32,160 bases of DNA from a virus. Its lineage: Duplodnaviria > Caudoviricetes. This document shows, one piece after another, positions 18,268-27,123 of this stretch; positions within the stretch are counted from its first letter, which is position 1, and the number at the start of each line of letters is the position of its first letter. The stretch spans positions 1 through 32,160 of the IMG/VR virus record IMGVR_UViG_3300024988_000017. One strand, given 5' to 3'. The notes below the pieces were generated by a model. The model did no database searches, was not told where the DNA came from, and saw only the letters and a program-made list of their open reading frames with translations. Both the position numbers and the translations under genes were made by a program.

Positions 18268-18409
18268 GATTGCGTCCCAAGTGATAAGCGCCGCTGTTTC
18301 GGTGCCCCCTGACGGGCTTCTGCTGCACCGGGGCTTCGGGCAGGCAACCGGCACTGGCCTATCGGCTCTCCCGGTTCACGCCGCTCGCGGCTCTCCCCGC
18401 ACGGATTCC

Positions 18410-18802
18410 TCAGATCGCGTCGAGCTCGTCGAGCTCGTTGAACGTTTTCTCGTCGATGTCAGCCGGCAGACAATCACCCGGGCCATAGGTCTTGCCGCGA
18501 TAGCGGATTTCCTGCTTCGCACGCGGTCCCTTGCGCTCGGCGGCAGCCTTGGCGGCGGCCTGTTCCGCAGCTTCTGCTGCGATCCTGGCCTTCTCTTCGG
18601 CTGCTTCCTTCGCCTTTGCTTCGGCATCTGCCTTCACCTTGGCGTCAGCTTCCGCCTTTTCGGTTGCTGCCTTCGCTGCTGCGTCTGCCTTGGTCTTTTC
18701 CTCGGCCTCCTTGACGGCAAGCTCGGCCGCGGCGTTTGCGTCCGCCGCTGCCTTCGCCTTTTCGGCAGCGTCCTGGTCGTTCAGTTCGATGGGTTTCTTC
18801 AT
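18410..18802 (-). CDS. Ala/Lys/Glu-rich protein following the capsid gene (gp35 position), 130 aa
   Basis: GGAG SD; low-complexity AEAKAK linker then IRYRGKTYGPGD domain. Confidence 0.75.
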   Translation of the reverse strand: MKKPIELNDQDAAEKAKAAADANAAAELAVKEAEEKTKADAAAKAATEKAEADAKVKADAEAKAKEAAEEKARIAAEAAEQAAAKAAAERKGPRAKQEIRYRGKTYGPGDCLPADIDEKTFNELDELDAI

Positions 18803-18906
18803 GGTCAGTCTCCGGGTCTTGCGAAAACGGCGCTGATCGCCGCTTGCGGAAGACCCGTGCGCCCTTGAGCGCACGGGTGCGGGCCTTGGGCAAACCCGCA
18901 GGGAGC

Positions 18907-19884
18907 TTAGGAAACGGCGTTCTGGATGAGGTAGCCGACGCTCTTGGCCACCACGAGTTCGCGAACGCGCTCGCCGACACGGACACGGCGACCGCCGAGG
19001 AGGCCGATATCCTTGTCCTCGATGGAGCCGGCGATGCGGCTGCCGAGTTCCGCGGTCATGCCCCAGGTGATGACCGAGCCATCCGCCTGCTTCTTCGAGG
19101 GGTCGAGATAGAGGAGCTGGATCGACTTGCCCCAGACGCGGGCAAGGTTCACCGCCTGGCCCTTGCGGGCAAGGTTCACCTGGGCGACACCGACAAGGAA
19201 ATTTTCGACCGGGATCTCGAAGAGTTCGGCGAACTGCGCCCTGGTGATGGCGCCGTCCTCGGTCAGTCCGCCTTTGACGGCCTTGATGAGCTTCGGATTC
19301 CGCTTGACCTTCGACCAGGCGGGCTGGCCCATGATGATGTGGTTCGGCCGGTAAATCAGCGTCTTGTCCATGCCCTCATCGATAACGCCGTAGGGGTCGC
19401 TGTTTGCGAAATCGTCGAAACGATCGGTACCGGTAAGCACGATCTTGCGGGCGGCGTCGTAATTGTCGGGGTTCTGCACGACGGCCGCGGCGCGGACTTC
19501 GCGGCCGAGCTGCACAAGATTGGTCAGGCCTTCCGTGGCCTGGTTCTCCGGATCGAAGTTGGAGCGCTTCTCGGCGCGGGCGCGGCGGGCAGCCTCGATG
19601 TCCGACTGCGGGATGGCGTCGTCCAGGCCGTAGTCCTTGACGGACGCGGTTTTCTCTTCGCCTGTGAACTCGACCTGGTTGACCTGGCCTTTGCGGCCGA
19701 CCTCCAGTTCGGGGACGGTGAAACCCTCGGAAAGCGGGAACTCGGTCCACTTGAAGTTTTCGTCAAGCACTTCGACGCCCGGTAGGGCGCGGGTGCCGAT
19801 CAGCGTATGCGCGGGATTGCGATAGCCGATGGAGATGGCGGTCAGCGTGGGGCTGACAGGAAACGGCCGGTTGACGGTCGACAT
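18907..19884 (-). CDS. Major capsid protein
   Basis: PFPVSPTLTAISIGYRN...IYRPNHIIMG...VRVGERVRELVVAKSVGYLIQNAV; 325 aa after protease and cement genes. Confidence 0.9.
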   Translation of the reverse strand: MSTVNRPFPVSPTLTAISIGYRNPAHTLIGTRALPGVEVLDENFKWTEFPLSEGFTVPELEVGRKGQVNQVEFTGEEKTASVKDYGLDDAIPQSDIEAARRARAEKRSNFDPENQATEGLTNLVQLGREVRAAAVVQNPDNYDAARKIVLTGTDRFDDFANSDPYGVIDEGMDKTLIYRPNHIIMGQPAWSKVKRNPKLIKAVKGGLTEDGAITRAQFAELFEIPVENFLVGVAQVNLARKGQAVNLARVWGKSIQLLYLDPSKKQADGSVITWGMTAELGSRIAGSIEDKDIGLLGGRRVRVGERVRELVVAKSVGYLIQNAVS

Positions 19885-19902
19885 GGATGCGGTCCTCAGC
19901 GG

Positions 19903-20286
19903 TTAGGGTGCCGGCGTGGCGAGAACGCCGGGCGCGACGACGTAGGGAATGATGTCGCCATCGGAGGCGTCGGAACGCGCAAAGCCGATGGTGCGAACGA
20001 CGGAGCCGGCAACGGGAACGGCCTTGATCGCCTTGCCGAGATTGTTGGCAGTCAGCGGATCGCCCCAGCTGATGTTGCCGCCCGCACGGACCTCGCTCCA
20101 GCCGACTTCGGTCACATCGACCATGCCGTTGGCCGGGGCACCCATGGAGCCGGCCGCGCCGATCAGCGGATCGGTTGCAGCGGTCGCGACCTCGGCGACG
20201 CCGGCCGCGCCGTATTTCAGGATGAGGAAGCCGACAAGTGCGGTGGCGCCCGTGCGGAAACTTTTGATGAGGATAGGCGTCGTCAT
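19903..20286 (-). CDS. Capsid cement/decoration protein (DUF2190-like)
   Basis: ATAATDPLIG...GGNISWGDPLTANNLGKA...IGFARSDASDGDII. Confidence 0.8.
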   Translation of the reverse strand: MTTPILIKSFRTGATALVGFLILKYGAAGVAEVATAATDPLIGAAGSMGAPANGMVDVTEVGWSEVRAGGNISWGDPLTANNLGKAIKAVPVAGSVVRTIGFARSDASDGDIIPYVVAPGVLATPAP

Positions 20287-20897
20287 GCGCGTGCAGCCTT
20301 CACATGTTCGACGGCTTCGGAGATCGAGACGTTGACGCCGAGGGCGGCCTGATCGTCCTGATACTTCCTCGCCTTCGCGGCGAGAGCCGTGGGGTTGACG
20401 GCGTCTTCGGCCGTGGTCGTAACCGCCTCGCCATTATTGAGGATGGTCGGTTCGCAGATGACGGGGAGTGTGGCGGCCAGCGCCTTGAAGCGCTCAAGGC
20501 CACCGTCCACCGCGCACATGGCGCGGTAGGTGTCGCGGGAGCCGGGCGTGATCTTGCCGGCCGACTGGGCGGCATCAAGCGCGCCGTCGATCTCGCGGTC
20601 AACGTCCTTCTTCTGGAGCGCGGCGAGTGCGGTCTGGGTGTCCGTGAGCTGCTGCTTGACGGCGGCGACCTCGGCAGCGGCAGGCGAGGCCTTCACCGAG
20701 GCGAGCGCCGTTTCGGTGTCGGTCTGCAGCTTCGTGACCGCCGCGTCGATCGCGCCGGCATCGCTCGCCGGGTCGATCTTCAGCTTGGCGCACAGTGCCT
20801 TCGTGTGGCCGTCGCGCGTATCGAGCGCAGCCAGCACCGCCTTTTCGTCGGCATCGTCGTTGAGGCCGAGCTTGGCGGCAATTGCCTTCAGGCTCAT
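20283..20897 (-). CDS. Scaffolding protein (Mu Z-like), in-frame internal start within the protease gene
   Basis: AAGGAG SD before in-frame ATG (MSLKAIAAKLGL); coiled-coil-like C-half; Mu I/Z precedent. Confidence 0.7.
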   Translation of the reverse strand: MSLKAIAAKLGLNDDADEKAVLAALDTRDGHTKALCAKLKIDPASDAGAIDAAVTKLQTDTETALASVKASPAAAEVAAVKQQLTDTQTALAALQKKDVDREIDGALDAAQSAGKITPGSRDTYRAMCAVDGGLERFKALAATLPVICEPTILNNGEAVTTTAEDAVNPTALAAKARKYQDDQAALGVNVSISEAVEHVKAARA

Positions 20898-21371
20898 GTC
20901 TTCAGTCTCCTTGGTTTCGGTTTGCTTGCGGCTCAGCGCCGTCATGACCAGGGCGGGCCGGTTGACGAGGCCAGCGCCATTGAGTTTGAGGATCAGCCCT
21001 TCGCGGGTGTGGTCGAAGTCCGGCGAGAGAAAGCGGTATTCCTTGTCGGCAACCTTGCGGGCTGCTGCCTTCGTCCACTCGACCTTGCCCCAGACGGCGC
21101 CGTCGCGCTCCTCGACATTGGTGATCCAGGCGGCCGCAATCGCTTCCTTGCCCTCAGCGGCGAGCAGCGCCTGGCCGTGCTCGTAGTCGATGGCGAGCGG
21201 CACCTGTTCACGGGCAAAGGCTGTGACGACACGCTGCGGCTCCAGCGTCCAGGCGCGGCCATCGCGCGCCTTCAGGTCAGGACCCTTCGGAAAAAGTTCG
21301 ACCCATTCCGGCGGGGTGTTGCCCTCGCTGGCCAGATCGGTAAAAAATGCTGTTGCGGTTGCCGTGTTCAT
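20283..21371 (-). CDS. Head maturation protease (Mu I family)
   Basis: PEWVELFPKG...RDGRAW, IDYEH, AAAWI, VEWT, EYRFLSP, GAGLVNRPAL; start MNTAT at 21371. Confidence 0.93.
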   Translation of the reverse strand: MNTATATAFFTDLASEGNTPPEWVELFPKGPDLKARDGRAWTLEPQRVVTAFAREQVPLAIDYEHGQALLAAEGKEAIAAAWITNVEERDGAVWGKVEWTKAAARKVADKEYRFLSPDFDHTREGLILKLNGAGLVNRPALVMTALSRKQTETKETEDMSLKAIAAKLGLNDDADEKAVLAALDTRDGHTKALCAKLKIDPASDAGAIDAAVTKLQTDTETALASVKASPAAAEVAAVKQQLTDTQTALAALQKKDVDREIDGALDAAQSAGKITPGSRDTYRAMCAVDGGLERFKALAATLPVICEPTILNNGEAVTTTAEDAVNPTALAAKARKYQDDQAALGVNVSISEAVEHVKAARA

Positions 21372-21408
21372 GGGCGAACATTGGATCGTCGCGGCAAGCA
21401 CCGCGACA

Positions 21409-21421
21409 CTGACACTGTCAG
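21409..21421. promoter_or_regulatory. Palindromic late-activator site upstream of the protease/head operon (P_I-like)
   Basis: CTGACACTGTCAG, 38 nt from the ATG. Confidence 0.75.
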
Positions 21422-21604
21422 CGCCAGCCCGATCGGGCCGCCCTTACCCAAAATCCGAAATCGCTATGCCGCTCAGGGAACGAGCGTCGATTTTAAAGAT
21501 GGTTTAAAGGCCGTGGGGCGCGTTTCCGCCCTTAAACGAACCTTGCTGGCCTTGGCCTGCCGTCGCGCATCTGTGGCCGCCCTGTGCGATGACGCCGGCC
21601 GCGC

Positions 21605-21633
21605 TTGAAATTTGACGGAAGGTGCCGCATCTT
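21605..21633 (+). promoter_or_regulatory. Putative sigma70 promoter for the tRNA-like RNA
   Basis: TTGAAA-N17-CATCTT, predicted start near 21640-21641. Confidence 0.5.
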
Positions 21634-21640
21634 AGGGTCA

Positions 21641-21708
21641 GGCGTGAGCAAGGTCGACCGGGACGGCGAGCAGTCGGATCCGTGAGGGAGTGCCGCCCCT
21701 CCGCGCCA
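21641..21708 (+). ncRNA. Putative tRNA-like small RNA convergent with muF
   Basis: GGCGTG (21641-46) pairs with CGCGCC (21702-07), followed by A. The GAGGG/CCCTC stem-loop (21684-21701) is stacked directly on it like a T-arm. It ends at the muF stop codon. Confidence 0.5.
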
Positions 21709-22917
21709 TCATTCCACAACATGACCGTTCCTCGCCGCGCGCTCGATGACGCGCCTTGCTTCCTTCTCGCTCTTGCGCAGGAAACTGGTCAGCCACCACT
21801 CGGCGCCGTCCGCGGCCGATTTCACGACCACACGCCACCACGATCCACCCGACGTGCCGTAGAAACGGGCAGAGCGTGCGCCTGGCTCGCGGATGACGGC
21901 GGCCGGCGCTGTCAGCACTGCGATCGCCAAGCGGAAGTCATCGGAGGTCAATCCGCGGGCCGCATGCTCCTGCAGGATGTGCGCGACACTTTCAGACGAT
22001 AGCCGTACCGTAGCGCTCGTCGCGTCGAATGCATTTGCCACCGATTGCGGAACCTGCGCGACCGGTATGAACGCTTTCGGCAGGCGCTGTTCCGCCATCG
22101 CCTTCATGACGGGTGACTGGACGATGTCCTCCATGGCGACGCGCTGGCGGGCGGGCGACATGGCAGTGATCTTGTCGTGCAGGAAGCGCGAGACATTCTG
22201 GCCGCGCAGCTTGCCGGGATTGGTGTCCCAGCCGGGATCAACGCCCTCTGGCAGCATCACGGTTTCACCGGTGCGCTTGTTGAGCCAGGGCCGTTCCACG
22301 ATGACGAAGGCGGGTTCGCCCTCGCGCCATCCAAGGCTGATCGCCTCGCGGCGCGAGATCTGCCGCACGCGGCACTCGCATCCCCAACCATTCGGTGGAT
22401 AGAGCCGGTCCCAGATCGGATCGTCCACGGGAGCAACGATGCCGACCAGGCGTTCATGCTCGGGCCGCTTCCGCTCGGCCGTCGACAGGACATAAAGCAG
22501 GAACGGAAGAAACGCCTTGTTCCGCTCGGTGCGCTCCCATTCCCCCGCCGCATGCGCCGTCCTGGTGTTCGCCCAATAGATGGTACGCAGCCGACGTGTT
22601 GATCCGAGCTGGACGAGTTTCTCCTCGCCGGTCAGCGGATCGATTTCCAGCGACTTGCCCCACCAGCCCTTTTCGTGAAGCGTCCAGATAATGTTGCGCT
22701 GAAACTCTTCGAAGGGCTGGCGGTGCTCGATTGCCGTGCCGATCGCCGCCTTCATGTCGTCGAGAATGTCGTATCCCGCCGACTTCGCGACCGTGAAGGC
22801 ATAAGCATGCTCTTCCGGCGCGATGTCCCGCCAATCGAATGTCGGCTGCGTCTCCTTGCCGTCAAAGTACCGGGTGACCTCCCGCGGCGCGGTCTTGAAA
22901 AGATCAAGCGCGTCCAT
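21709..22917 (-). CDS. MuF minor head protein (gp30) with C-terminal PBECR-like nuclease domain
   Basis: AFTVAK, RRLRTIYWAN, RPEH, DDPIW...PPNGWGCECRV, DPGWDTNPG. C-terminal ~120 aa SVAHILQEH...D...P...WWRVVVKS...EWWLTSFLR resembles BECR-fold RNases. Confidence 0.88.
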   Translation of the reverse strand: MDALDLFKTAPREVTRYFDGKETQPTFDWRDIAPEEHAYAFTVAKSAGYDILDDMKAAIGTAIEHRQPFEEFQRNIIWTLHEKGWWGKSLEIDPLTGEEKLVQLGSTRRLRTIYWANTRTAHAAGEWERTERNKAFLPFLLYVLSTAERKRPEHERLVGIVAPVDDPIWDRLYPPNGWGCECRVRQISRREAISLGWREGEPAFVIVERPWLNKRTGETVMLPEGVDPGWDTNPGKLRGQNVSRFLHDKITAMSPARQRVAMEDIVQSPVMKAMAEQRLPKAFIPVAQVPQSVANAFDATSATVRLSSESVAHILQEHAARGLTSDDFRLAIAVLTAPAAVIREPGARSARFYGTSGGSWWRVVVKSAADGAEWWLTSFLRKSEKEARRVIERAARNGHVVE

Positions 22918-24529
22918 CGCCGATGTTCCCAAGGCCGCGCGCTTTCATCGTCAGCTTGGCCAGCCGATCGGCAAGTGGGCCGGCGTCCATCTTGGCGATT
23001 AGGTCATCGAGCCCGGCTTCGAACTGCGCATAGCTGGTCGATGTCTCAACGAGCTTTCGAAGGGGATTTAACAGCGGTGCGAGGTCCTGTTCCCAATCGG
23101 CCAGTGCATCGTCGACGAGGACGTCCAGTTCAGCACGTTCGTCGGCGGCCGTTGCGTGATAGCCGCCGCAGTGCTGGCACGGCGTGCGCAGCCTGGCTGC
23201 GGCCTTCTCGGGCGGCGGCGGCGTGGGCTCGCCCGGCTTCGGTGATTTTGCGCCGGTCTCAATGACGGGAGGGGTTGGCGCGCGGGCGACGAAAAGTTCA
23301 TCGTCTTCGTCCGGCTCCTCAAACCCGATACGCTCCCGCGTCTGCTGCATGCTGACCTTCAGCCCCAGCGGCACCAGCTTCTCGATCGCCGCAACAAGGG
23401 TCTCGATGTCCTCATTCTCGGTGATCGGAATGACGAGCGTCGGGTACTTGTCCCGCGGGCCATAGTTGAGGTCGACGAAGGGGCGGATAAGATCGCGGTT
23501 GGCTGTGATCGCGGTTTGGCGGGCATCTGCGCGCGCGATGTCATGACGGACGTTTTCGTGGATGGCGGCCTGGGACAAGGACGAACCGTCGTCCGTCGTC
23601 ATCGTCTGGCCAAGTACCCCCTTCGAGGTTTGGCGATCAAGATATTCCGCCTTGTTCGAAAAGACGGCATTGCCGGACGCGCCCGCAGCCTCGATGAATT
23701 CGATCTCCATTTCCTTCGGGATGATCGCGGCGGCATCGGAGGAGATATCGCGCACCGCCTGGAGAAGGATGCGGCGATCGTCGAGGCTGGCGCCGCGGCC
23801 GAACCTGCCGACGCGCAAGGGCATCCCGTAAACCTCGATAAAGGCCATCCAGTCCTTGAGCGTATAGCTCTTGAAGAGGAAGGCCCAGGCGGCCAGGCGC
23901 GCAAGGCCGGCGCGGATCGGCAGGCCCGACATAATCTTCGGGCGGTGAATCGAGAACTGATAGGGCGGCAGGTCGAGGCCGTTGATATCGCCCATGTGTT
24001 TCAGCCGCAGTGTCCGGCCGTCGCGCTGGTCGATCACGAAATGCCGCTGGTCGCGCCATTCATAGCGCACCGGCCGCCACTCCTTGCCGGACCGGTCCCA
24101 GATGGTTTCCACAACGGAATAGCCCTTGCCGAGCGCATCGAGGAGATCCGCCAAATAGTCGTCGGCGAAGTACGGTCCTTCGACAAGTTCGCGCACCGCC
24201 TCGGCAATCTTCTCGTCTTCCGCGTCCTTCGACGCCGAAACGACGATCGGCTTGATGCCGGTGATGGCGCGTTTGCGCGTGCCGAGCACGGCGGCATAGT
24301 GCAGGTCGCGCTCCTCCATTTCCGTCGCCAAGGCGAAGTATTGGTCGGGATACCCCCGCGCCGCCGACCGCAGGATCTCGGCGAGCCCGATCGGCGTCAG
24401 GCCGGACACGATGGTCGGCGTCCAAACCGAATGCACGCCGCCGAGCGTCGGCGCCGCAAACTCTTTCTGCAGCTGCTGCGTGGAAACGGGATTACCAAAC
24501 TGGTCGATGATCTGCGGTGCGCGTGCCAT
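22904..24529 (-). CDS. Portal protein (Mu gp29 / DUF935)
   Basis: EMEERDLHYAAVLGTRK, DALGKGYSVVE, EVYGMPLRVG, SKGVLGQTMTT, HENVRHDI. Confidence 0.95.
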   Translation of the reverse strand: MARAPQIIDQFGNPVSTQQLQKEFAAPTLGGVHSVWTPTIVSGLTPIGLAEILRSAARGYPDQYFALATEMEERDLHYAAVLGTRKRAITGIKPIVVSASKDAEDEKIAEAVRELVEGPYFADDYLADLLDALGKGYSVVETIWDRSGKEWRPVRYEWRDQRHFVIDQRDGRTLRLKHMGDINGLDLPPYQFSIHRPKIMSGLPIRAGLARLAAWAFLFKSYTLKDWMAFIEVYGMPLRVGRFGRGASLDDRRILLQAVRDISSDAAAIIPKEMEIEFIEAAGASGNAVFSNKAEYLDRQTSKGVLGQTMTTDDGSSLSQAAIHENVRHDIARADARQTAITANRDLIRPFVDLNYGPRDKYPTLVIPITENEDIETLVAAIEKLVPLGLKVSMQQTRERIGFEEPDEDDELFVARAPTPPVIETGAKSPKPGEPTPPPPEKAAARLRTPCQHCGGYHATAADERAELDVLVDDALADWEQDLAPLLNPLRKLVETSTSYAQFEAGLDDLIAKMDAGPLADRLAKLTMKARGLGNIGDGRA

Positions 24530-26172
24530 CAATAGAGCCCTCCGGAAATCCGCGGGATCAGGCCGCCGCTAGCGGGCTGCTCGAACATCGGAACGTTGTC
24601 GTTGAACTGGTCAGCCTGCGAGACCGGCACATAGTCGAAGGATTCGAGATCCGCGCGGCTTGCGAAGTAGGCGAGCGCACCGGCAATGGCCGTGTCGCCG
24701 TGCCGGTCGTAACCGTCCGCGCCCTTCGTCCTGTGATCGTCAGGCACCTTGATGTAGCCGTTGACGTAGGCGAGCGCCTGGTGGTCGGCCAGGATATCGG
24801 CATCCTTGGGCAGGATGACGGTCTGATCGGAGAACGCCATGACGTAGGCGGTCATCTCCAGCTTGTACCATTTTTCGGAAAGCTGGACTTCGACGATGAT
24901 GGAACCGTAACGCTGTGCGGCTTTCTCGGCGAGATAGGCGCCGTTGCCCCGCGCATCGAGTGCGCCACCGGAAAGACGCGGCAGGCGATCGACGACATAG
25001 AACAGGATCTCGCGCTGCTGGTCGAACGGCACGTTGTGCAGCTCGACGACAAAGCAAGCGCGCCGCACCAGGTCCTGGCCGATCTCCATTGGGACGATGG
25101 CCGTGGCATCACCCTTGCGACCGAAGTCTTCCCCGAACACATGCTGGCGACGAGGGTCCAGCTTGTCTAGCAGGGGTTTAAGGTTTTGCTCGCACCACTT
25201 CTTCGTTTCGGCGGTACGGCTTTCCTCCGGCCAGTTCTTGAAATCGTCGGAGCATGCCCACCGTACGATCGGAATGCCGTCCTGCATCTGGCGCTCGATC
25301 AGGACGCGGGTCAGCGCCGCGCCCTCCTGCTCGGCCGGGATGGCGTCCAGCTCCTGGCGCATGGCGGAGACACGCACGCCATAGGCGCCGCGGATCTTCG
25401 CTTCCCATTTCTGCTCTGCCTTCGGCGACCACTTCTTGCCGCGCATGGTGCAGACGCGCTTGTAGAGGCCATTACGGATGGCATCAGCGAAGGTGACCTC
25501 GTGAATCGAGAACGGGATCTTCCCCGCCCGAGCCTCCTTGATCAGTTCGTTGAACGGGTTGAGTACGCCGTTATGCGAAGAGATGACGCGGATCTTGCCG
25601 CCCCAGATCAGCAGGGCGTTCACGGCATCGAGGACACCGCGGACATTGCGATGGAACGCCGCCTCGTCGATGACGACGATGCCCTGAAGGCCGCGAATGT
25701 TCTCTGGCCTGGACGACAGCGCCTCGACGCGAAAACCCGACGCGAACACGCAACGAAAAGCGGGTATATCGCGGATCGTGCCATCCTTCAGCTGATCTTT
25801 GAACATAAATTCGCCGATCTCGACCAGCTCCTTCGCAACGGTCTTCGCGAACTTGGCGACATAGCCAATGAATTCCCGGCCCTTGTCCTTGGTGTCGCCG
25901 ATATAGAAGACGTTGTCGCCGCCTGCAGACGGGGCGGCTGCGGCAATCAGGGTATCGTCGAGCGCTTCGGCGAATGTGATGCCCGTTCGCCGGCCCTTTG
26001 GGCAAATCTTCAAGTCGCTTTTGTCGGCCACCCACTCGGCCTGATGCTTCATGAGCACGCCGTCGGCAAACGGGTCGAGATCCTCGGGAAAATCCGAGCC
26101 GCGCAAAAAGTCGTCGGAAAGGTGTTTCGTCGCACGCGGTAGGACCGGCTCGGCGGCAATGGCCCGCTTCAT
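24529..26172 (-). CDS. Terminase large subunit (Mu gp28-like)
   Basis: KGRRTGITFAEA (Walker A variant), VVIDEAAF (Walker B), GEDFGRKGD, RHGDTAIA nuclease motifs. Confidence 0.95.
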   Translation of the reverse strand: MKRAIAAEPVLPRATKHLSDDFLRGSDFPEDLDPFADGVLMKHQAEWVADKSDLKICPKGRRTGITFAEALDDTLIAAAAPSAGGDNVFYIGDTKDKGREFIGYVAKFAKTVAKELVEIGEFMFKDQLKDGTIRDIPAFRCVFASGFRVEALSSRPENIRGLQGIVVIDEAAFHRNVRGVLDAVNALLIWGGKIRVISSHNGVLNPFNELIKEARAGKIPFSIHEVTFADAIRNGLYKRVCTMRGKKWSPKAEQKWEAKIRGAYGVRVSAMRQELDAIPAEQEGAALTRVLIERQMQDGIPIVRWACSDDFKNWPEESRTAETKKWCEQNLKPLLDKLDPRRQHVFGEDFGRKGDATAIVPMEIGQDLVRRACFVVELHNVPFDQQREILFYVVDRLPRLSGGALDARGNGAYLAEKAAQRYGSIIVEVQLSEKWYKLEMTAYVMAFSDQTVILPKDADILADHQALAYVNGYIKVPDDHRTKGADGYDRHGDTAIAGALAYFASRADLESFDYVPVSQADQFNDNVPMFEQPASGGLIPRISGGLY

Positions 26173-26795
26173 TCTTCGTCTCCGTCCGCTTCTTCAGTCG
26201 GCTTGTCGTCACGCGGCCGCACGCCGAGGAAGTCCTTGCGGAGCTGCGCCACGCGCTCGGCGGACAGGCCGAGTTCCTTCGAGACCTGCTCGATGGCGGT
26301 TTCGGCCTTCTGCGCGAATTCGACGTTGAGCTTCTGCCGGCGCTGGGTGGAAATGTTCTCGGCCATCGAGAGGCGGTAGAGTGCCGCGGCGGCCTGGTGC
26401 GCTTCCTTCGGTACGAATCCGTCATCGGCCGCGTTCTCCATCATCTCGAAGATGATGGTCTTCAGGAGCCGCGTGGATGCCTGGGTCAGCTTGTCGGCGT
26501 CATCACCGTCGGTGCGGGCAACCACAGCGTCGGCGATCATCTGGCTGCGCTGAAGCCGCTGGGTGACCTTCGCCAGGCGCAAGGCGTGCCGGTTGAAAGA
26601 CGAGAAGTGCGGAACGTCGAAGGCAAGGCCAAGCTCGCCCTGGAGCGCGATCAGCTTCATCCGGAATTCGGCATAGATTTCCGTCTGGCTTTTCGGGGTG
26701 TTGGCAAGTTCCTGCGCCGCCCAGGCGACAATAGCCTCGCACTCTTCGGGCAACTGGTCGATGGCGGAAGGTCGGGGTCTCATGTGCGGCGCCAT
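26169..26795 (-). CDS. Mu gp27 / DUF3486 family, putative terminase small subunit
   Basis: RPSAIDQLP...SSFNRH...GLSAERVAQLRKDFLG; directly upstream of TerL. Confidence 0.85.
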   Translation of the reverse strand: MAPHMRPRPSAIDQLPEECEAIVAWAAQELANTPKSQTEIYAEFRMKLIALQGELGLAFDVPHFSSFNRHALRLAKVTQRLQRSQMIADAVVARTDGDDADKLTQASTRLLKTIIFEMMENAADDGFVPKEAHQAAAALYRLSMAENISTQRRQKLNVEFAQKAETAIEQVSKELGLSAERVAQLRKDFLGVRPRDDKPTEEADGDEE

Positions 26796-26801
26796 GGCGG
26801 A

Positions 26802-27113
26802 CTACTCCGCGTCGCCGGGCGCCTGCACGCCAGCAAGGACGGTGCGGCGCTCGACATGGTCACGGCCGCGGCGGGTGATCTCCGCAGAGGTCTCCGTGCC
26901 TTCGGTGCGGGTGCGCACGGCGCCGGCCTCGCCTTCCAGAAACAGAAGCTGGTTGCGGATATAGTCGCGGGACTTGCGATAGGAGAATCGCTCCAGGCTC
27001 TTCTGGATCAGGAACGTGTTGGTGCTGCCGCCCGTTTTCGGGTCGGCCAGGTCTTTCAGGATGATCAGGCGGATATTTTCATCCACCCACTGTGCGTAGT
27101 CTTCAGCCGCCAT
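26802..27113 (-). CDS. Mu gp26-like winged-helix protein
   Basis: RLIILKDL...SRDYIRNQLLFL...ITRRGRDHV...GVQAP. Confidence 0.8.
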   Translation of the reverse strand: MAAEDYAQWVDENIRLIILKDLADPKTGGSTNTFLIQKSLERFSYRKSRDYIRNQLLFLEGEAGAVRTRTEGTETSAEITRRGRDHVERRTVLAGVQAPGDAE

Positions 27114-27123
27114 GTCCTGCCCC

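Noticed and set aside
18410-18802. TolA or histone-like protein
   Set aside because: The similarity is only Ala/Lys low complexity; its position after the capsid gene points to a head accessory protein.
21641-21708. Canonical tRNA gene
   Set aside because: No TTC T-loop, only a 6-bp acceptor stem, and no clear D-arm or 7-nt anticodon loop; kept only as tRNA-like.
21422-21722. Protein immunity gene downstream of muF (ORF 21504-21722 minus)
   Set aside because: No SD, low-complexity Arg/Gly/Pro content, and it overlaps regulatory elements; cannot be fully excluded.
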